From a virus (lineage: Duplodnaviria > Heunggongvirae > Uroviricota > Caudoviricetes): a stretch of 64,000 nt of DNA. Shown here piece after piece: positions 27,913 to 38,518 of the stretch. The translations under genes and the position numbers were made by a program. The notes below the pieces were generated by a model, which saw only the letters and a program-made list of their open reading frames with translations, made no database searches and was not told the DNA's origin. How positions within the stretch are numbered: position 1 is the first letter of the stretch; every line of letters begins with the position of its first letter. Where the stretch lies: the IMG/VR virus record IMGVR_UViG_3300020723_000003; one strand, 5' to 3'.

Positions 27913-28836
27913 ATGCAAAAAGATTTTTATGAAATAAATGATTTGATTGGTGAGCGATTACAATCTGGAGAACCATTTTCTGTTTTGCGTATTGATAATA
28001 CTGCTGGATATGTTCTTGATTGTTTACACGAAAAACAATCTCCAAGCGAAGAATTTTACAATAATTATACGTTAGTTGAAAGTGGAATTTATCCGACTGA
28101 TTTAAATTATTCATTTCAGGTTGTGATGCCTAAAACTATAGAAATGATGAAACAATGTAATATTTTAGGGTTTGTTGATGTTTCTGGTAAAATTAAAGCA
28201 AATGAAAATAAATTTTTAGATCAATTCCCAGATAAACCCACATTTTTTGATTTTCATATTTTTGATGCTGGATATATAATGGGGTATTCTAAGTTTGGAA
28301 AACTAGAAAATCCTTGGACAAAATATCTCAAAGGGAAAAAGGTTCTTATTATTTCTTCCCATGCAAAAACGATTTTACATCAATGGAAAAATATTAATAA
28401 AATATGGGGCGATAGAGTAGAAGAAATAGTTCCTTTTGAATTGGTTGATGCAATCAGTACGCCATTTCATCCTGCTATTGATGATAGACAATATAAAGAT
28501 TGTGGTGATTTTGAGCAATTAGTAAATATAACGAAAGATAGAATTGATCAATATGATTATGATGTATTATTAACAAGCGTTACAACACAATCTCCGTTTT
28601 ATGCAAATCATGCTAGAGAAAGAGGAAAGGTTGGTATACAAACTGGCGGTGCTTTACAGTTATTTTTTGGTATTTTAGGTGGAAGATGGTTGAATCCTGA
28701 TTATTATAATTATTGTTATCCATCACCAGAAAAATTATTTAATGAGTATTGGATTTATCCTCTTGAAGAAGATGAACCACAAAAACGAAACGAAATTGGA
28801 TTTCTTGAAACCTCAACTGCATATTGGAAAGTATAA
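27913..28836 (+). CDS. Hypothetical protein in the glycan island
   Basis: 307-aa ORF. Confidence 0.4.
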   Translation: MQKDFYEINDLIGERLQSGEPFSVLRIDNTAGYVLDCLHEKQSPSEEFYNNYTLVESGIYPTDLNYSFQVVMPKTIEMMKQCNILGFVDVSGKIKANENKFLDQFPDKPTFFDFHIFDAGYIMGYSKFGKLENPWTKYLKGKKVLIISSHAKTILHQWKNINKIWGDRVEEIVPFELVDAISTPFHPAIDDRQYKDCGDFEQLVNITKDRIDQYDYDVLLTSVTTQSPFYANHARERGKVGIQTGGALQLFFGILGGRWLNPDYYNYCYPSPEKLFNEYWIYPLEEDEPQKRNEIGFLETSTAYWKV

Positions 28837-28839
28837 ATT

Positions 28840-30174
28840 ATGAATAATAATGATTTAAGTGAAATTTTAGCATCAGTAAAAAGTTATGCTGAAAATAATT
28901 TGTTGACAAAAAAATGGGAAGCTGGTATTGATTATGTAAATTATGCTGGTCCATTTTTTGATCATAATGAATATGTTGCTGCCGTAAATACTATTTTAAA
29001 TGGTTGGCTTGTGATGGGAAATGATAGTTTAAAATTTGAACATAAATTTCCTAAATTTTTTGGTAAAAATCATGGGATTCTAACAAATAGTGGATCTAGT
29101 TCAAATTTGTTAATGATGTATAGCCTAACAAGCAAAAACGGTCATAATTTCCCAAAAGGAACAAAAGTCTTGATGCCTATTGCTGGTTTCCCGACAACAT
29201 TAAATCCGACACTTCAAGTTGGATTTGAACCTATATTTCTTGATATCGAATTAGATACTTTAAATCTTGATTTAACTAAAGCTGAAGACTTGATAAAAGA
29301 ACATGACATTAAAATAATAACATTTGCTCATGTTTTAGGTAATCCGCCAGATATGGACAAATTGATGGATTTAGTTAACAAATATAATTTGATTCTTTTG
29401 GAAGATTGTTGTGATGCTTTAGGTTCTAGTTATGATGGAAAACCATTAGGCAGTTTTGGTGAGATGGCTTCTTGTAGTTTTTATCCAGCACATCATATTA
29501 CAATGGGTGAAGGTGGATTTGTTTCTTGTAACACTAAAGAACAAGAAGTTATTTTAAGAAGTTTAAGAGAGTGGGGTCGTGGTTGTTATTGTGTTGGTCC
29601 CAAAGCAAATACCCTAAAATGTGGAACATGTAAAAATAGATTTAGTAATTGGATTCCAGCATTGGAAAATGAAACTTTTGATCACAAATATGTTTATGAT
29701 GAAATTGGATTTAATTTAAAGCCTATTGAAATGCAAGCATCAATTGGTCTTCATCAAATTGAGAAATTGGATACTATTGGACAATTAAGAAAGAAAAATT
29801 ATAATCTGTTATTTCAAATTTATGAAAAATATGAAGAATTCTTTCATCTTCCAAGAGCTAGAGATAAATCTGATGTGAGTTGGTTTGCTTTTCCATTGAC
29901 TATTAGAAAAGGTGCTCCATTTACACGATTTGAGTTTGTTAATTATCTTGAAAATAAAAAAATTCAAACTAGACCATATTTTGCTGGAAATATTATGTTA
30001 CAACCTGCGTATACACATATTATGGATACAAATACTGCAAAAGTGAATTATCCAAATGCAACATATACTACTACACATACATTATTCCATGGAACAAGTC
30101 CAGTAATTAGCGATGATCAAATTGCCTATATAAAAATAGTAGTAGATGATTTTATGAAACAGTTTATAGGATAG
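28840..30174 (+). CDS. DegT/RfbH-family PMP-dependent sugar 3-dehydrase (E1/DdhC-like)
   Basis: 444 aa. CSFYPAHHITMGEGGF has His in the position of the PLP lysine, as in the E1 dehydrase. Cys-rich CYCVGPKANTLKCGTCKNRF is consistent with an Fe-S motif. Confidence 0.65.
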   Translation: MNNNDLSEILASVKSYAENNLLTKKWEAGIDYVNYAGPFFDHNEYVAAVNTILNGWLVMGNDSLKFEHKFPKFFGKNHGILTNSGSSSNLLMMYSLTSKNGHNFPKGTKVLMPIAGFPTTLNPTLQVGFEPIFLDIELDTLNLDLTKAEDLIKEHDIKIITFAHVLGNPPDMDKLMDLVNKYNLILLEDCCDALGSSYDGKPLGSFGEMASCSFYPAHHITMGEGGFVSCNTKEQEVILRSLREWGRGCYCVGPKANTLKCGTCKNRFSNWIPALENETFDHKYVYDEIGFNLKPIEMQASIGLHQIEKLDTIGQLRKKNYNLLFQIYEKYEEFFHLPRARDKSDVSWFAFPLTIRKGAPFTRFEFVNYLENKKIQTRPYFAGNIMLQPAYTHIMDTNTAKVNYPNATYTTTHTLFHGTSPVISDDQIAYIKIVVDDFMKQFIG

Positions 30175-30177
30175 GTT

Positions 30178-30864
30178 ATGATTTTATTGGCATCTATTCA
30201 TACCCCATTAAATGGGTATGAACAAAATGATTTTTCTGAAGTTGCAAATATTACTTGGAATTTAAATAAGGTAAATTATGCTAAAAAACATAATTATCTT
30301 GCAATAAGTAAATCGAATGGTTTTTATAATGTTCAAATAGGGTTTGAAAAAATAATTTTTCTTTATGATTTGTTAGTTAGCGTTCCTCAGTGTTCTTGGA
30401 TTTGGTGGACTGGTTGTGATACACTAATTACAAATTTTAATGTTAGAGTTGAAGAAAAGCTTGAAGAAGCATTAAACATAAATCCAAACGCAAATATTAT
30501 TATGAGTGGTGATTTTAATTTCCCTATTAATAGTGATTCTATTTTGATTAAAAATACTGAAGAATCGAAATTGTGGTTAAAATTTATACTTGATAATTTT
30601 GAGGTATATTCACAAAAACCATATTTTGAACAAGAATGTATGATTGATTTTTTATCAAATTTTGATAAACTGATTCAAATAATGCCACAAAATTTTATGA
30701 ATAGTTATGATGAAAATTCGGCTGATAGTGAAAAGATAAAATTTGATACAAAAGGTAATAGAGGTAATTGGGAAAAGGGTGATTGGTTACTACATCTTGC
30801 TGGAATTAGCTGGCAAAAACGTGCCCAATTGGTTAAACAATATTCTAAAGAAATAATATATTAA
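30178..30864 (+). CDS. Hypothetical protein
   Basis: 228-aa ORF. Confidence 0.4.
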   Translation: MILLASIHTPLNGYEQNDFSEVANITWNLNKVNYAKKHNYLAISKSNGFYNVQIGFEKIIFLYDLLVSVPQCSWIWWTGCDTLITNFNVRVEEKLEEALNINPNANIIMSGDFNFPINSDSILIKNTEESKLWLKFILDNFEVYSQKPYFEQECMIDFLSNFDKLIQIMPQNFMNSYDENSADSEKIKFDTKGNRGNWEKGDWLLHLAGISWQKRAQLVKQYSKEIIY

Positions 30865-30865
30865 T

Positions 30866-31492
30866 ATGAAAGATCAAGAACTTATTGAATTTGAAAACAA
30901 AGTTGCTGATTTGTTTAATAATAAACAAATTAGAGCTCCTATCCATTTATATCATGGAAATGAAAAGCAAATACAAACAGTATTTGAAAAAATAGATACT
31001 GAAAATGACTGGGTTTGTTGTACATGGAGAAATCACTATCAATGCTTATTAAAAGGTGTTCCTGAAGAATTGTTGATAGAGAAAATCCTTGCTGGTAAAA
31101 GTATGGTAATAAACTTGGAACAATATAAAATTGTATGTTCAAGTATTGTTGGTGGAATTCCTAGTATTGCAGCTGGTATTGCAAAAGCAATCCAACTTAA
31201 AGAAGAAAAATCTAGAGTCTGGTGTTGGTTAGGGGATATGAGTGCTGAAACTGGAGCTTTTCATGAAGCATATAAATATGCTGTTGGATTTAATCTTCCA
31301 ATAACATTTATTGTTGAAGATAATGGATTAAGTGTTACATCTCCAACTTCAGAAATTTGGGGTAGACAAACTCCTTGGTATTTACCTGAAGAGTTTACTG
31401 GTGATAAATTTGAATCAGAACATTTAATATACTACAAATATAAAAACGAAAAATATCCTCATGCTGGTGCTGGGGTTAGGGTGGAATTTTAA
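30866..31492 (+). CDS. TPP-dependent enzyme, alpha/N-terminal subunit (transketolase/E1-like)
   Basis: TPP-binding GDG-x(26)-N motif: LGDMSAETGAFHEAYKYAVGFNLPITFIVEDNG. Confidence 0.55.
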   Translation: MKDQELIEFENKVADLFNNKQIRAPIHLYHGNEKQIQTVFEKIDTENDWVCCTWRNHYQCLLKGVPEELLIEKILAGKSMVINLEQYKIVCSSIVGGIPSIAAGIAKAIQLKEEKSRVWCWLGDMSAETGAFHEAYKYAVGFNLPITFIVEDNGLSVTSPTSEIWGRQTPWYLPEEFTGDKFESEHLIYYKYKNEKYPHAGAGVRVEF

Positions 31493-31493
31493 T

Positions 31494-32036
31494 ATGAATG
31501 AACAACAATTATATAATAATGAATTGATCGCTGCCATGAAATGGCTTTCTGAGCAAGAAAATACTTTATTTTTGGGTCAGGCTGTTAAATATCCAGGAAC
31601 TGGATTATTTCAAACATTACATTCTGTTCCTGACGAATTGAAACTTGAATTTCCTGTTACCGAAAATTTACAAATAGGATTTAGTATTGGAATGGCATTA
31701 AATGGTATTGTTCCAATTTCTATTTTCCCAAGGTGGAATTTTCTTGTTTGTGCCGCCGATCAACTCGTCAATCATTTAGATAAATTGCCGTCAATGAGTC
31801 TTGGTGAATATAACCCAAAAGTTATCATTAGAGTTGCTGTTGGGTCAGAATTACCTATCGATCCACAAGACCAACATAAAGGTAATTTTTCTGAAGGATT
31901 TAGAAATTTGTTTAAACATGTAGATATTATTGAATTACACACACCTGATGATATTTTAAAAAGTTATCAGTATGCATATAATAGAACTGATAATAAAAGT
32001 ACAATATTAGTAGAATTTTCTGATTATGGAAAATGA
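31494..32036 (+). CDS. TPP-dependent enzyme, beta/C-terminal subunit
   Basis: Follows the alpha subunit. Start chosen at the Met with a GGTGGA RBS; pyrimidine-binding-domain-like. Confidence 0.4.
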   Translation: MNEQQLYNNELIAAMKWLSEQENTLFLGQAVKYPGTGLFQTLHSVPDELKLEFPVTENLQIGFSIGMALNGIVPISIFPRWNFLVCAADQLVNHLDKLPSMSLGEYNPKVIIRVAVGSELPIDPQDQHKGNFSEGFRNLFKHVDIIELHTPDDILKSYQYAYNRTDNKSTILVEFSDYGK

Positions 32037-32820
32037 TTCTGATATTTTAATATTAGGATCTACAGGATTTATTGGTAATTTTCTTTCAAAGAATTTAAAT
32101 TGTGTTTCATTGTCTAGAAACGATGTCAATTTTTTGGATTTTGATTCTTTGTATAAATGTATAAAAAAAATAAAACCAAAAGTTGTTGTTAATTGTGCGT
32201 CTAATGTTGATACCCAATTAACAACATTTAAATTTGAATGTTTCCATGAAAACTTAACATTATATAATAATATATATAAAATGAAAGACGAATTTGAATT
32301 TGTTCTTCATTTTGGTTCTGGGGCTGAATTTGATAGATCTTCTTCTATTGATTATGTTAAAGAATACGAAATCTTTAAAAAATTCCCAAAAGATCATTAT
32401 GGTTTTAGTAAAAATATAATTTCAAGAAATATTTATGAGGTTGATAATTTTTATAACCTTAGATTATTCGGTTGTTTTCATGGCTCAGAAAAATCTAGAT
32501 TGTTGTATAAGGTATTATTAGAAGATAATATAATACTAGAAGATAAGTTGTTTGATTATTTTTGGTTGAATGATGTTCTTGAAGTTATAAATTATTATTT
32601 AAATCCGAAAAACGAAAAAATAAAAGATTTGAATTTGGTATATAAAGAAAAATATCTGTTAAGTGAGTTTGTAAATAAATTTTTAACATTCCATAACATT
32701 CAAAAAACAATTAAATTCAAAGATTCACATATAAATTATACAGGTTCGTCTAAAGTATTAGATTCATTAAATTTAAATTTTGGCGGTATTGAAAAGGGCA
32801 TTAAGGATTATTTTAAATGA
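32026..32820 (+). CDS. NAD-dependent epimerase/reductase (SDR)
   Basis: Rossmann GSTGFIGNFL at the N-terminus. Confidence 0.45.
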   Translation: MENDSDILILGSTGFIGNFLSKNLNCVSLSRNDVNFLDFDSLYKCIKKIKPKVVVNCASNVDTQLTTFKFECFHENLTLYNNIYKMKDEFEFVLHFGSGAEFDRSSSIDYVKEYEIFKKFPKDHYGFSKNIISRNIYEVDNFYNLRLFGCFHGSEKSRLLYKVLLEDNIILEDKLFDYFWLNDVLEVINYYLNPKNEKIKDLNLVYKEKYLLSEFVNKFLTFHNIQKTIKFKDSHINYTGSSKVLDSLNLNFGGIEKGIKDYFK

Positions 32821-33764
32821 AAAAGATTATTTATATTACAGGATGTCTAGGGTTTATAGGTTCTGAAATAACAAGAGCATATTTAGATAAAGGTTGGTAT
32901 GTTATTGGTGTTGATAAAGTCACATATGCTGCAAATGAATCATTAATACCAGAATTTGAATCATATTCAAATTTTAAATTTATAAAATCAGATATAAACG
33001 ATTTAGAATATCTTTATGATTGTGATTATATTATTAACACAGCAGCCGAAACACATGTAGACAATTCTATAATAAGTTCTAGCGAATTTTTAAATAGTAA
33101 CATTAATGGTGTGCATCATCTATTGGAGTTAATAAAACAAAAACATAAATTTAAAATGCCAACATTACTACATTTCAGTACTGATGAAGTTTATGGTGAT
33201 ATAGTTGATGGGTTTCATAAAGAATATGATTTATTAAAACCTTCAAATCCTTATTCGGCAACAAAAGCTTCTGCGGATATGCTTGTTCTTGCATGGAATA
33301 GAACTTTTAATATTCCTTATGTTATTGTACGTCCAACAAATAATTATGGTATTGGTCAGTATGTTGAAAAATTAATACCTAAAACATGTAAATATCTGCA
33401 ATTAGATAGAAAAATTCCTGTACATGAAAATGGAAAACCAAAACGAACTTGGTTACATGTTTCTGATACTGTTTCAGCAGTTATACATATAATTGAATCG
33501 GGAGTAACAAATTCAATTTTTAATATTTCTGGAAATTATGAAGATGAGAATATTAAAGTAGTTGACAAAATCATAAAATTATATTATAATACTTCTATAG
33601 ATTATAATAATTATGTTGATTTTAAATATAATAGGATTGGTCAAGATGTTAGGTATGCTATTGATGATTCAAAATTAAAATCTCTTGGATGGAATCCTGT
33701 TGCAAATTTTGATTTAGAATTAGAGAAAATTGTTGAATATAATAAAAATCACTTTATATGGTGA
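32817..33764 (+). CDS. NDP-sugar 4,6-dehydratase/epimerase (extended SDR)
   Basis: GCLGFIGSEI Rossmann motif and YSATK catalytic YxxxK. Confidence 0.6.
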   Translation: MKKIIYITGCLGFIGSEITRAYLDKGWYVIGVDKVTYAANESLIPEFESYSNFKFIKSDINDLEYLYDCDYIINTAAETHVDNSIISSSEFLNSNINGVHHLLELIKQKHKFKMPTLLHFSTDEVYGDIVDGFHKEYDLLKPSNPYSATKASADMLVLAWNRTFNIPYVIVRPTNNYGIGQYVEKLIPKTCKYLQLDRKIPVHENGKPKRTWLHVSDTVSAVIHIIESGVTNSIFNISGNYEDENIKVVDKIIKLYYNTSIDYNNYVDFKYNRIGQDVRYAIDDSKLKSLGWNPVANFDLELEKIVEYNKNHFIW

Positions 33765-33782
33765 TTAATTGAAGGTGAACTT

Positions 33783-34790
33783 ATGAAGAAAGCGTTAATA
33801 TTTGGTGTAACTGGTCAAGATGGGAGTTATCTTTCTGAAATTCTTTTAGAAAAAGGTTATGAGGTTCATGGTGTAAAACGAAGAAGTTCTTCATATAATA
33901 CATCACGAATCGATCATATCTATGAAAACAAAAACTTTAAATTACATTATGGTGATGTTACTGATTCGCTTAATGTGACAAGTCTTATTCAAGCAATTCA
34001 GCCTGATGAGATCTATAATTTGTCCGCTCAATCTCATGTAAAAGTTTCTTTTGAAATTCCAGAATATACTGCGAATGTTGATGCTGTAGGTACTCTTAGA
34101 GTTCTTGAATCTATTCGTTTACTTGGTATGGAAAATCGAGTTAAATTTTATCAAGCATCAACTTCTGAATTGTATGGTTTAGTGCAAGAAATTCCACAAA
34201 AAGAAACAACTCCATTTTATCCAAGAAGTCCATATGGCGTTGCTAAACTCTATGGATTTTGGATTGTAAAAAATTATAGAGAATCATATAATATATTTGC
34301 GTGTAATGGTATTTTATTTAATCACGAATCTGAGAGAAGAGGTGAAACTTTTGTCACTCAGAAAATTGTAATGGGATTAAATGATATTTCTCAAGGCAAA
34401 TCAGACATATTGACGCTTGGTAATTTAAATGCATTAAGAGATTGGGGTCATGCTAAAGATTATTGTTATGCCATGCATTTAATGCTCCAACAAGATACTC
34501 CAGATGATTATGTCGTTGCTACTGGCGAACAATATTCCGTTAGACAATTTGTAGAAGCTTGCGCCCCGCATTTTAATATGAACATTGAATGGCAAGGTGA
34601 AGGCTTGGATGAAACTGGAATTGATGTTAATACTGGAAAAACTATAATTGCAGTTGATCCTAAGTATTTTAGACCAGCAGAAGTTGCAACATTATTAGGT
34701 GATTCTACAAAAGCTAGAACTGTATTAGGATGGAAACCAGAATATAGTTTTATTGATTTGGTTGAAGAAATGTGTTTAGGGGTTCAATAG
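33783..34790 (+). CDS. gmd: GDP-mannose 4,6-dehydratase
   Basis: [47 protein letters not shown] is the canonical Gmd N-terminus. YGVAK catalytic motif. 335 aa. Confidence 0.85.
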   Translation: MKKALIFGVTGQDGSYLSEILLEKGYEVHGVKRRSSSYNTSRIDHIYENKNFKLHYGDVTDSLNVTSLIQAIQPDEIYNLSAQSHVKVSFEIPEYTANVDAVGTLRVLESIRLLGMENRVKFYQASTSELYGLVQEIPQKETTPFYPRSPYGVAKLYGFWIVKNYRESYNIFACNGILFNHESERRGETFVTQKIVMGLNDISQGKSDILTLGNLNALRDWGHAKDYCYAMHLMLQQDTPDDYVVATGEQYSVRQFVEACAPHFNMNIEWQGEGLDETGIDVNTGKTIIAVDPKYFRPAEVATLLGDSTKARTVLGWKPEYSFIDLVEEMCLGVQ

Positions 34791-35549
34791 GTGAGCATAG
34801 TTTTACGTGAAGAATCTGGTCGTGGATTTTTGTCAAATTATATTACAATTTTAAATTCGTATAAAAAGTTTGTTGGTAAAGAAGGAATATCTTATAAAGA
34901 TATACACATTTCAACAGAACATTTTAAATTGTATGGTGGAAATCCTAGAGAATGGTTTGATGTTTATAATTTTTCTGATGGCGACGAAAACTCGGAATTC
35001 TGGAGTACTGGAGAGTTAAATGAAATTGAAGAATATCCAAATGTTGAATCCTTAAATTTATTAAGTTATTCAAAGTTTATACCATATAATACAAGACTTA
35101 AAACATTTCTTAATAAAAATATAAAATCATTAAATAAATGTTTAGGTGTTCATTATAGAGGGACTGATCATTTTAATGCTGTTATTAAACCTGATATTAT
35201 GTTTCTTAATGTAGAAGAACAGTTAAAAACAGGTAAATATGAGCAAATTTTTATTTGTAGCGAACAACAAAACTTTATTGATCTTATAGCAGGTTTTGTT
35301 CAAATTAATTTTAATGACGTTGATATAATTGTTAATGATGTTGAACGATGTGATTCAACTCCTGTATTTTATTTAGATACCAATAAGATATCATTAGGCG
35401 ATCAAGTTTTATTGGATGCTCATATGTTATCAGCTTGTGATTTTGTATTGGGTAAATCATCAAACATTGTTAGTTATGCACGGATTCTAAATTTAAGTTT
35501 GAATGGTTTTTATTTAGATACTCAAAAATATTTTTTAATTGGTAATTAA
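34791..35549 (+). CDS. Hypothetical protein (GTG start)
   Basis: 252-aa ORF between gmd and fcl. Confidence 0.35.
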   Translation: MSIVLREESGRGFLSNYITILNSYKKFVGKEGISYKDIHISTEHFKLYGGNPREWFDVYNFSDGDENSEFWSTGELNEIEEYPNVESLNLLSYSKFIPYNTRLKTFLNKNIKSLNKCLGVHYRGTDHFNAVIKPDIMFLNVEEQLKTGKYEQIFICSEQQNFIDLIAGFVQINFNDVDIIVNDVERCDSTPVFYLDTNKISLGDQVLLDAHMLSACDFVLGKSSNIVSYARILNLSLNGFYLDTQKYFLIGN

Positions 35550-35551
35550 TT

Positions 35552-36484
35552 ATGGAAAAGAATTCAAAAATTTATGTTGCTGGCCATAATGGCTTAGTTG
35601 GTTCGGCAATTGTTAGAAAATTAAAAGAATTAGGATATACTAATCTTGTTTTAAAAACAAGAAAAGAATTAGATCTTAGGAATCAATATGCTGTTGACAG
35701 GTTTTTTGATATTGAGCGACCTGAATATGTTTTTGTTGCTGCAGCAAAAGTTGGTGGAATTAATTACAATAAAATGTATCCTGCAGAATTTATTACTGAA
35801 AATTTACAAATTCAAACAAATATAATCAAAAGTGCTTTTGATTATAGAATAAAAAAGATTTGTCAATTGGGTACTGCTTGCATTTATCCTAAAATAACAG
35901 AACAACCAATAAAAGAAGAATACTTAATGACAGGTCCATTAGAACATACTAATGAAGCTTATGCATTAGCTAAAATTTCTGGTTTGATGATGTGTAAAAA
36001 ATATTATGAACAATATGGATTTAAAAGTATTAATGTGATGCCAACAAATCTTTATGGTATAAATGATAGATTTGATGTGAATCATGGTCATGTTATTCCT
36101 GGATTAATTAATAAATTTTTAGAAGCTAAAGAAAGCAATTCTAGTAGTGTAGAATGTTGGGGAACTGGTACTCCTACAAGAGAATTTTTATTTTCTGATG
36201 ATTTAGCTGATGCATTGATTTTTCTGATGAATACTCAAGAATATGTTGATTTGATTAATATTGGTATTGATAATGAAATTACTATTAAAGAATTGGCAGA
36301 AAAGATTAAAGATTTGGTTGGATATGAAGGTGAAATAATTTGGAATTCTGATAAACCGGATGGAACTCCAAGAAGAAAGATGTGTAATGCTAAATTGAAA
36401 GAACTTGGTTGGAAACCAAAATATACTTTAGAAGAAGGATTAAAAATAACATTAGATTGGTATTTGGAAAACATTAGGTCATAA
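35552..36484 (+). CDS. fcl: GDP-4-keto-6-deoxymannose 3,5-epimerase/4-reductase (GDP-fucose synthase or ColC-like)
   Basis: KIYVAGHNGLVGSAIVR N-terminus, YALAK motif. 310 aa, typical of Fcl/WcaG. Confidence 0.8.
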   Translation: MEKNSKIYVAGHNGLVGSAIVRKLKELGYTNLVLKTRKELDLRNQYAVDRFFDIERPEYVFVAAAKVGGINYNKMYPAEFITENLQIQTNIIKSAFDYRIKKICQLGTACIYPKITEQPIKEEYLMTGPLEHTNEAYALAKISGLMMCKKYYEQYGFKSINVMPTNLYGINDRFDVNHGHVIPGLINKFLEAKESNSSSVECWGTGTPTREFLFSDDLADALIFLMNTQEYVDLINIGIDNEITIKELAEKIKDLVGYEGEIIWNSDKPDGTPRRKMCNAKLKELGWKPKYTLEEGLKITLDWYLENIRS

Positions 36485-36486
36485 TA

Positions 36487-37665
36487 ATGAAAAAATTGAA
36501 ATTGAAATGTGGTTGGAAATTGATGAATAATTCTATCACAATAAAAGATAGAATTAATTTGGCTAAATTTGTTTTATTTTCTGATAGATTCACTATGGCA
36601 GATAAAGTAAACCAAGTAGAGAAAGAATGGGCTGAATGGGTTGGCGCTAAACATTCTTTATTTGTTTCTTCTGGAAGTACTGCAAATTTTTTATTATTAG
36701 CTGCGATTAAAGAAAAATTTAATTTAAAACAAAAAGATAAAGTTTTAGTTTCTTCTTGTACTTGGATGACAAATGTTTCTCCAGTAATGCAATTAGGTTT
36801 TACTCCTATCTTTTGTGATGTTTCTTTTGATAATTTCAGTTTTGATGAATCTGAATTAGCATATATTTCAGAAAAACATCCTGACATTAAAGTTGTTTTT
36901 ACAACACACCTTTTGGGATTTAATTCAGATACTAAAATATTAGAATCATATTTTCCAAATGCTATCATATTAGAAGATGCGTGTGAAGCAATGGGCGCAA
37001 AAGCTAATGATGGAACTTATCTTGGTGCAAATTCTTTAGGGTGTACATTCAGTTCATATTTTGGTCATACTATTTCTTCAATTGAAGGTGGTTTTGTTAC
37101 TACAAATGATACAGAATTATATGATTTGATGAAAATGAAAAGAAGTCATGGTTTAGCGAGAGAATCAATATTTTTTGATGATTATGCTGCCAAATATCCT
37201 TATATTGATAAACAGTTTTTATTTATTACTGATGGTTATAATTTCAGAAACCACGAAATATGTGCAATTTTAGCTTCTTCTCAGATTAAAAGATTAAAAT
37301 CCTTTGTTGATATTAGAAGTAAAAATCATAAATTGTTTTCTGAGATGACTGAAAAATATTTAGATAAAATTCAACAGATTAAATTTTATGAAACTAGTGC
37401 GAGTTTTTGTTTTCCTATTATATGTAAGGATGCAGAATCGTTATCTAAATTAAAAACGTTGTTGGTAGAATATGATATTGAATATAGACCAATTTTATCT
37501 GGAAATTTATTAAAACATCCATTTCTAAAAGATTATATATTGACAACGAATCGTTTAGTCGCTAATGTTGATGTATTACACACTAATGGATTATATATAG
37601 GAAATAATCAATTTGTATCTGAAAAACATTTAAAGTTATTGGATAAAGTTTTAAGTTTATTATAA
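36487..37665 (+). CDS. DegT-family PMP-dependent dehydratase, ColD-like (His replaces the PLP lysine)
   Basis: 392 aa. SSGSTANFLLLAAI and FSSYFGHTISSIEGGFVTTND with His in place of Lys, as in GDP-4-keto-6-deoxymannose 3-dehydratase ColD. Adjacent to gmd/fcl. Confidence 0.55.
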   Translation: MKKLKLKCGWKLMNNSITIKDRINLAKFVLFSDRFTMADKVNQVEKEWAEWVGAKHSLFVSSGSTANFLLLAAIKEKFNLKQKDKVLVSSCTWMTNVSPVMQLGFTPIFCDVSFDNFSFDESELAYISEKHPDIKVVFTTHLLGFNSDTKILESYFPNAIILEDACEAMGAKANDGTYLGANSLGCTFSSYFGHTISSIEGGFVTTNDTELYDLMKMKRSHGLARESIFFDDYAAKYPYIDKQFLFITDGYNFRNHEICAILASSQIKRLKSFVDIRSKNHKLFSEMTEKYLDKIQQIKFYETSASFCFPIICKDAESLSKLKTLLVEYDIEYRPILSGNLLKHPFLKDYILTTNRLVANVDVLHTNGLYIGNNQFVSEKHLKLLDKVLSLL

Positions 37666-37672
37666 GGGTTTT

Positions 37673-38518
37673 ATGAATTCAATTAGAGAAAAGGTAAAAG
37701 AACTTAGTGTTGTTTTTGTAGGTCCAACAAGAGATAGTTCTGGAAATCTTACAAAAATATTTGAGAATATTGAAAGAATTGGTGGACTATTTAAATCTTT
37801 TTCTTGTGTATTTGTGGAAAGTGATTCTTCTGATAATACTTTAGAAATTCTTAAAAATTATAAAAGTGGTCGCGATAATATTCATATACTTTCTTTAGGG
37901 AAATTAGAAGATAGAATTAATTCTAGAACATGTAGGATTGCTACAGCAAGAAATGTTGGGATTGAATATTGTGAACAAAATAATATCTTAGATACTCATG
38001 ATTATTATATTCATATGTGTGTTGATGATGTTAATAGTGAAAAGATTGAAGAAGAAGATTTCTTAAGTTGCTTTAAATACGACATATCTTCTTGGGAAGG
38101 TATGACAGCAAATCAGTTAAATTATTATGATATTTGGTGTTTACGAGCAAAAGGTTGGGTTGAAAATGATTGTTGGTATGCAATTCATAATAGACCTTCT
38201 TATATGTCTTATGATGAAGCATTTATAATGTATGTAGGATCTAAATTTATACAAATTCCAAAAAATTACGGTTTAATTGAAGTTGATGCTGCTCATGGCG
38301 GTTTTGGAATCTACAAAAGTTCTTTTGCTAAAGGTTCTCGGTATAGAGGTTCTTCTGAAGCTGGTAATGCAGAAGAATGTGATTTAGTAAATTTCTGTAG
38401 TGATGTTAAGAAGAAAGGTGGAAGAATATTTATAAACTCAGAATTGATGAATATGAATAATGTAAATAATAGACATGATACCACAGTTCAAAGTTTACGA
38501 TCTTTAGGTAAATTGTAA
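37673..38518 (+). CDS. Hypothetical protein
   Basis: 281-aa ORF. Confidence 0.4.
   Translation: MNSIREKVKELSVVFVGPTRDSSGNLTKIFENIERIGGLFKSFSCVFVESDSSDNTLEILKNYKSGRDNIHILSLGKLEDRINSRTCRIATARNVGIEYCEQNNILDTHDYYIHMCVDDVNSEKIEEEDFLSCFKYDISSWEGMTANQLNYYDIWCLRAKGWVENDCWYAIHNRPSYMSYDEAFIMYVGSKFIQIPKNYGLIEVDAAHGGFGIYKSSFAKGSRYRGSSEAGNAEECDLVNFCSDVKKKGGRIFINSELMNMNNVNNRHDTTVQSLRSLGKL

Noticed and set aside
36474-36968. 164-aa minus-strand ORF spanning the fcl/ColD-like junction
   Set aside because: Antisense to two well-supported co-directional genes.
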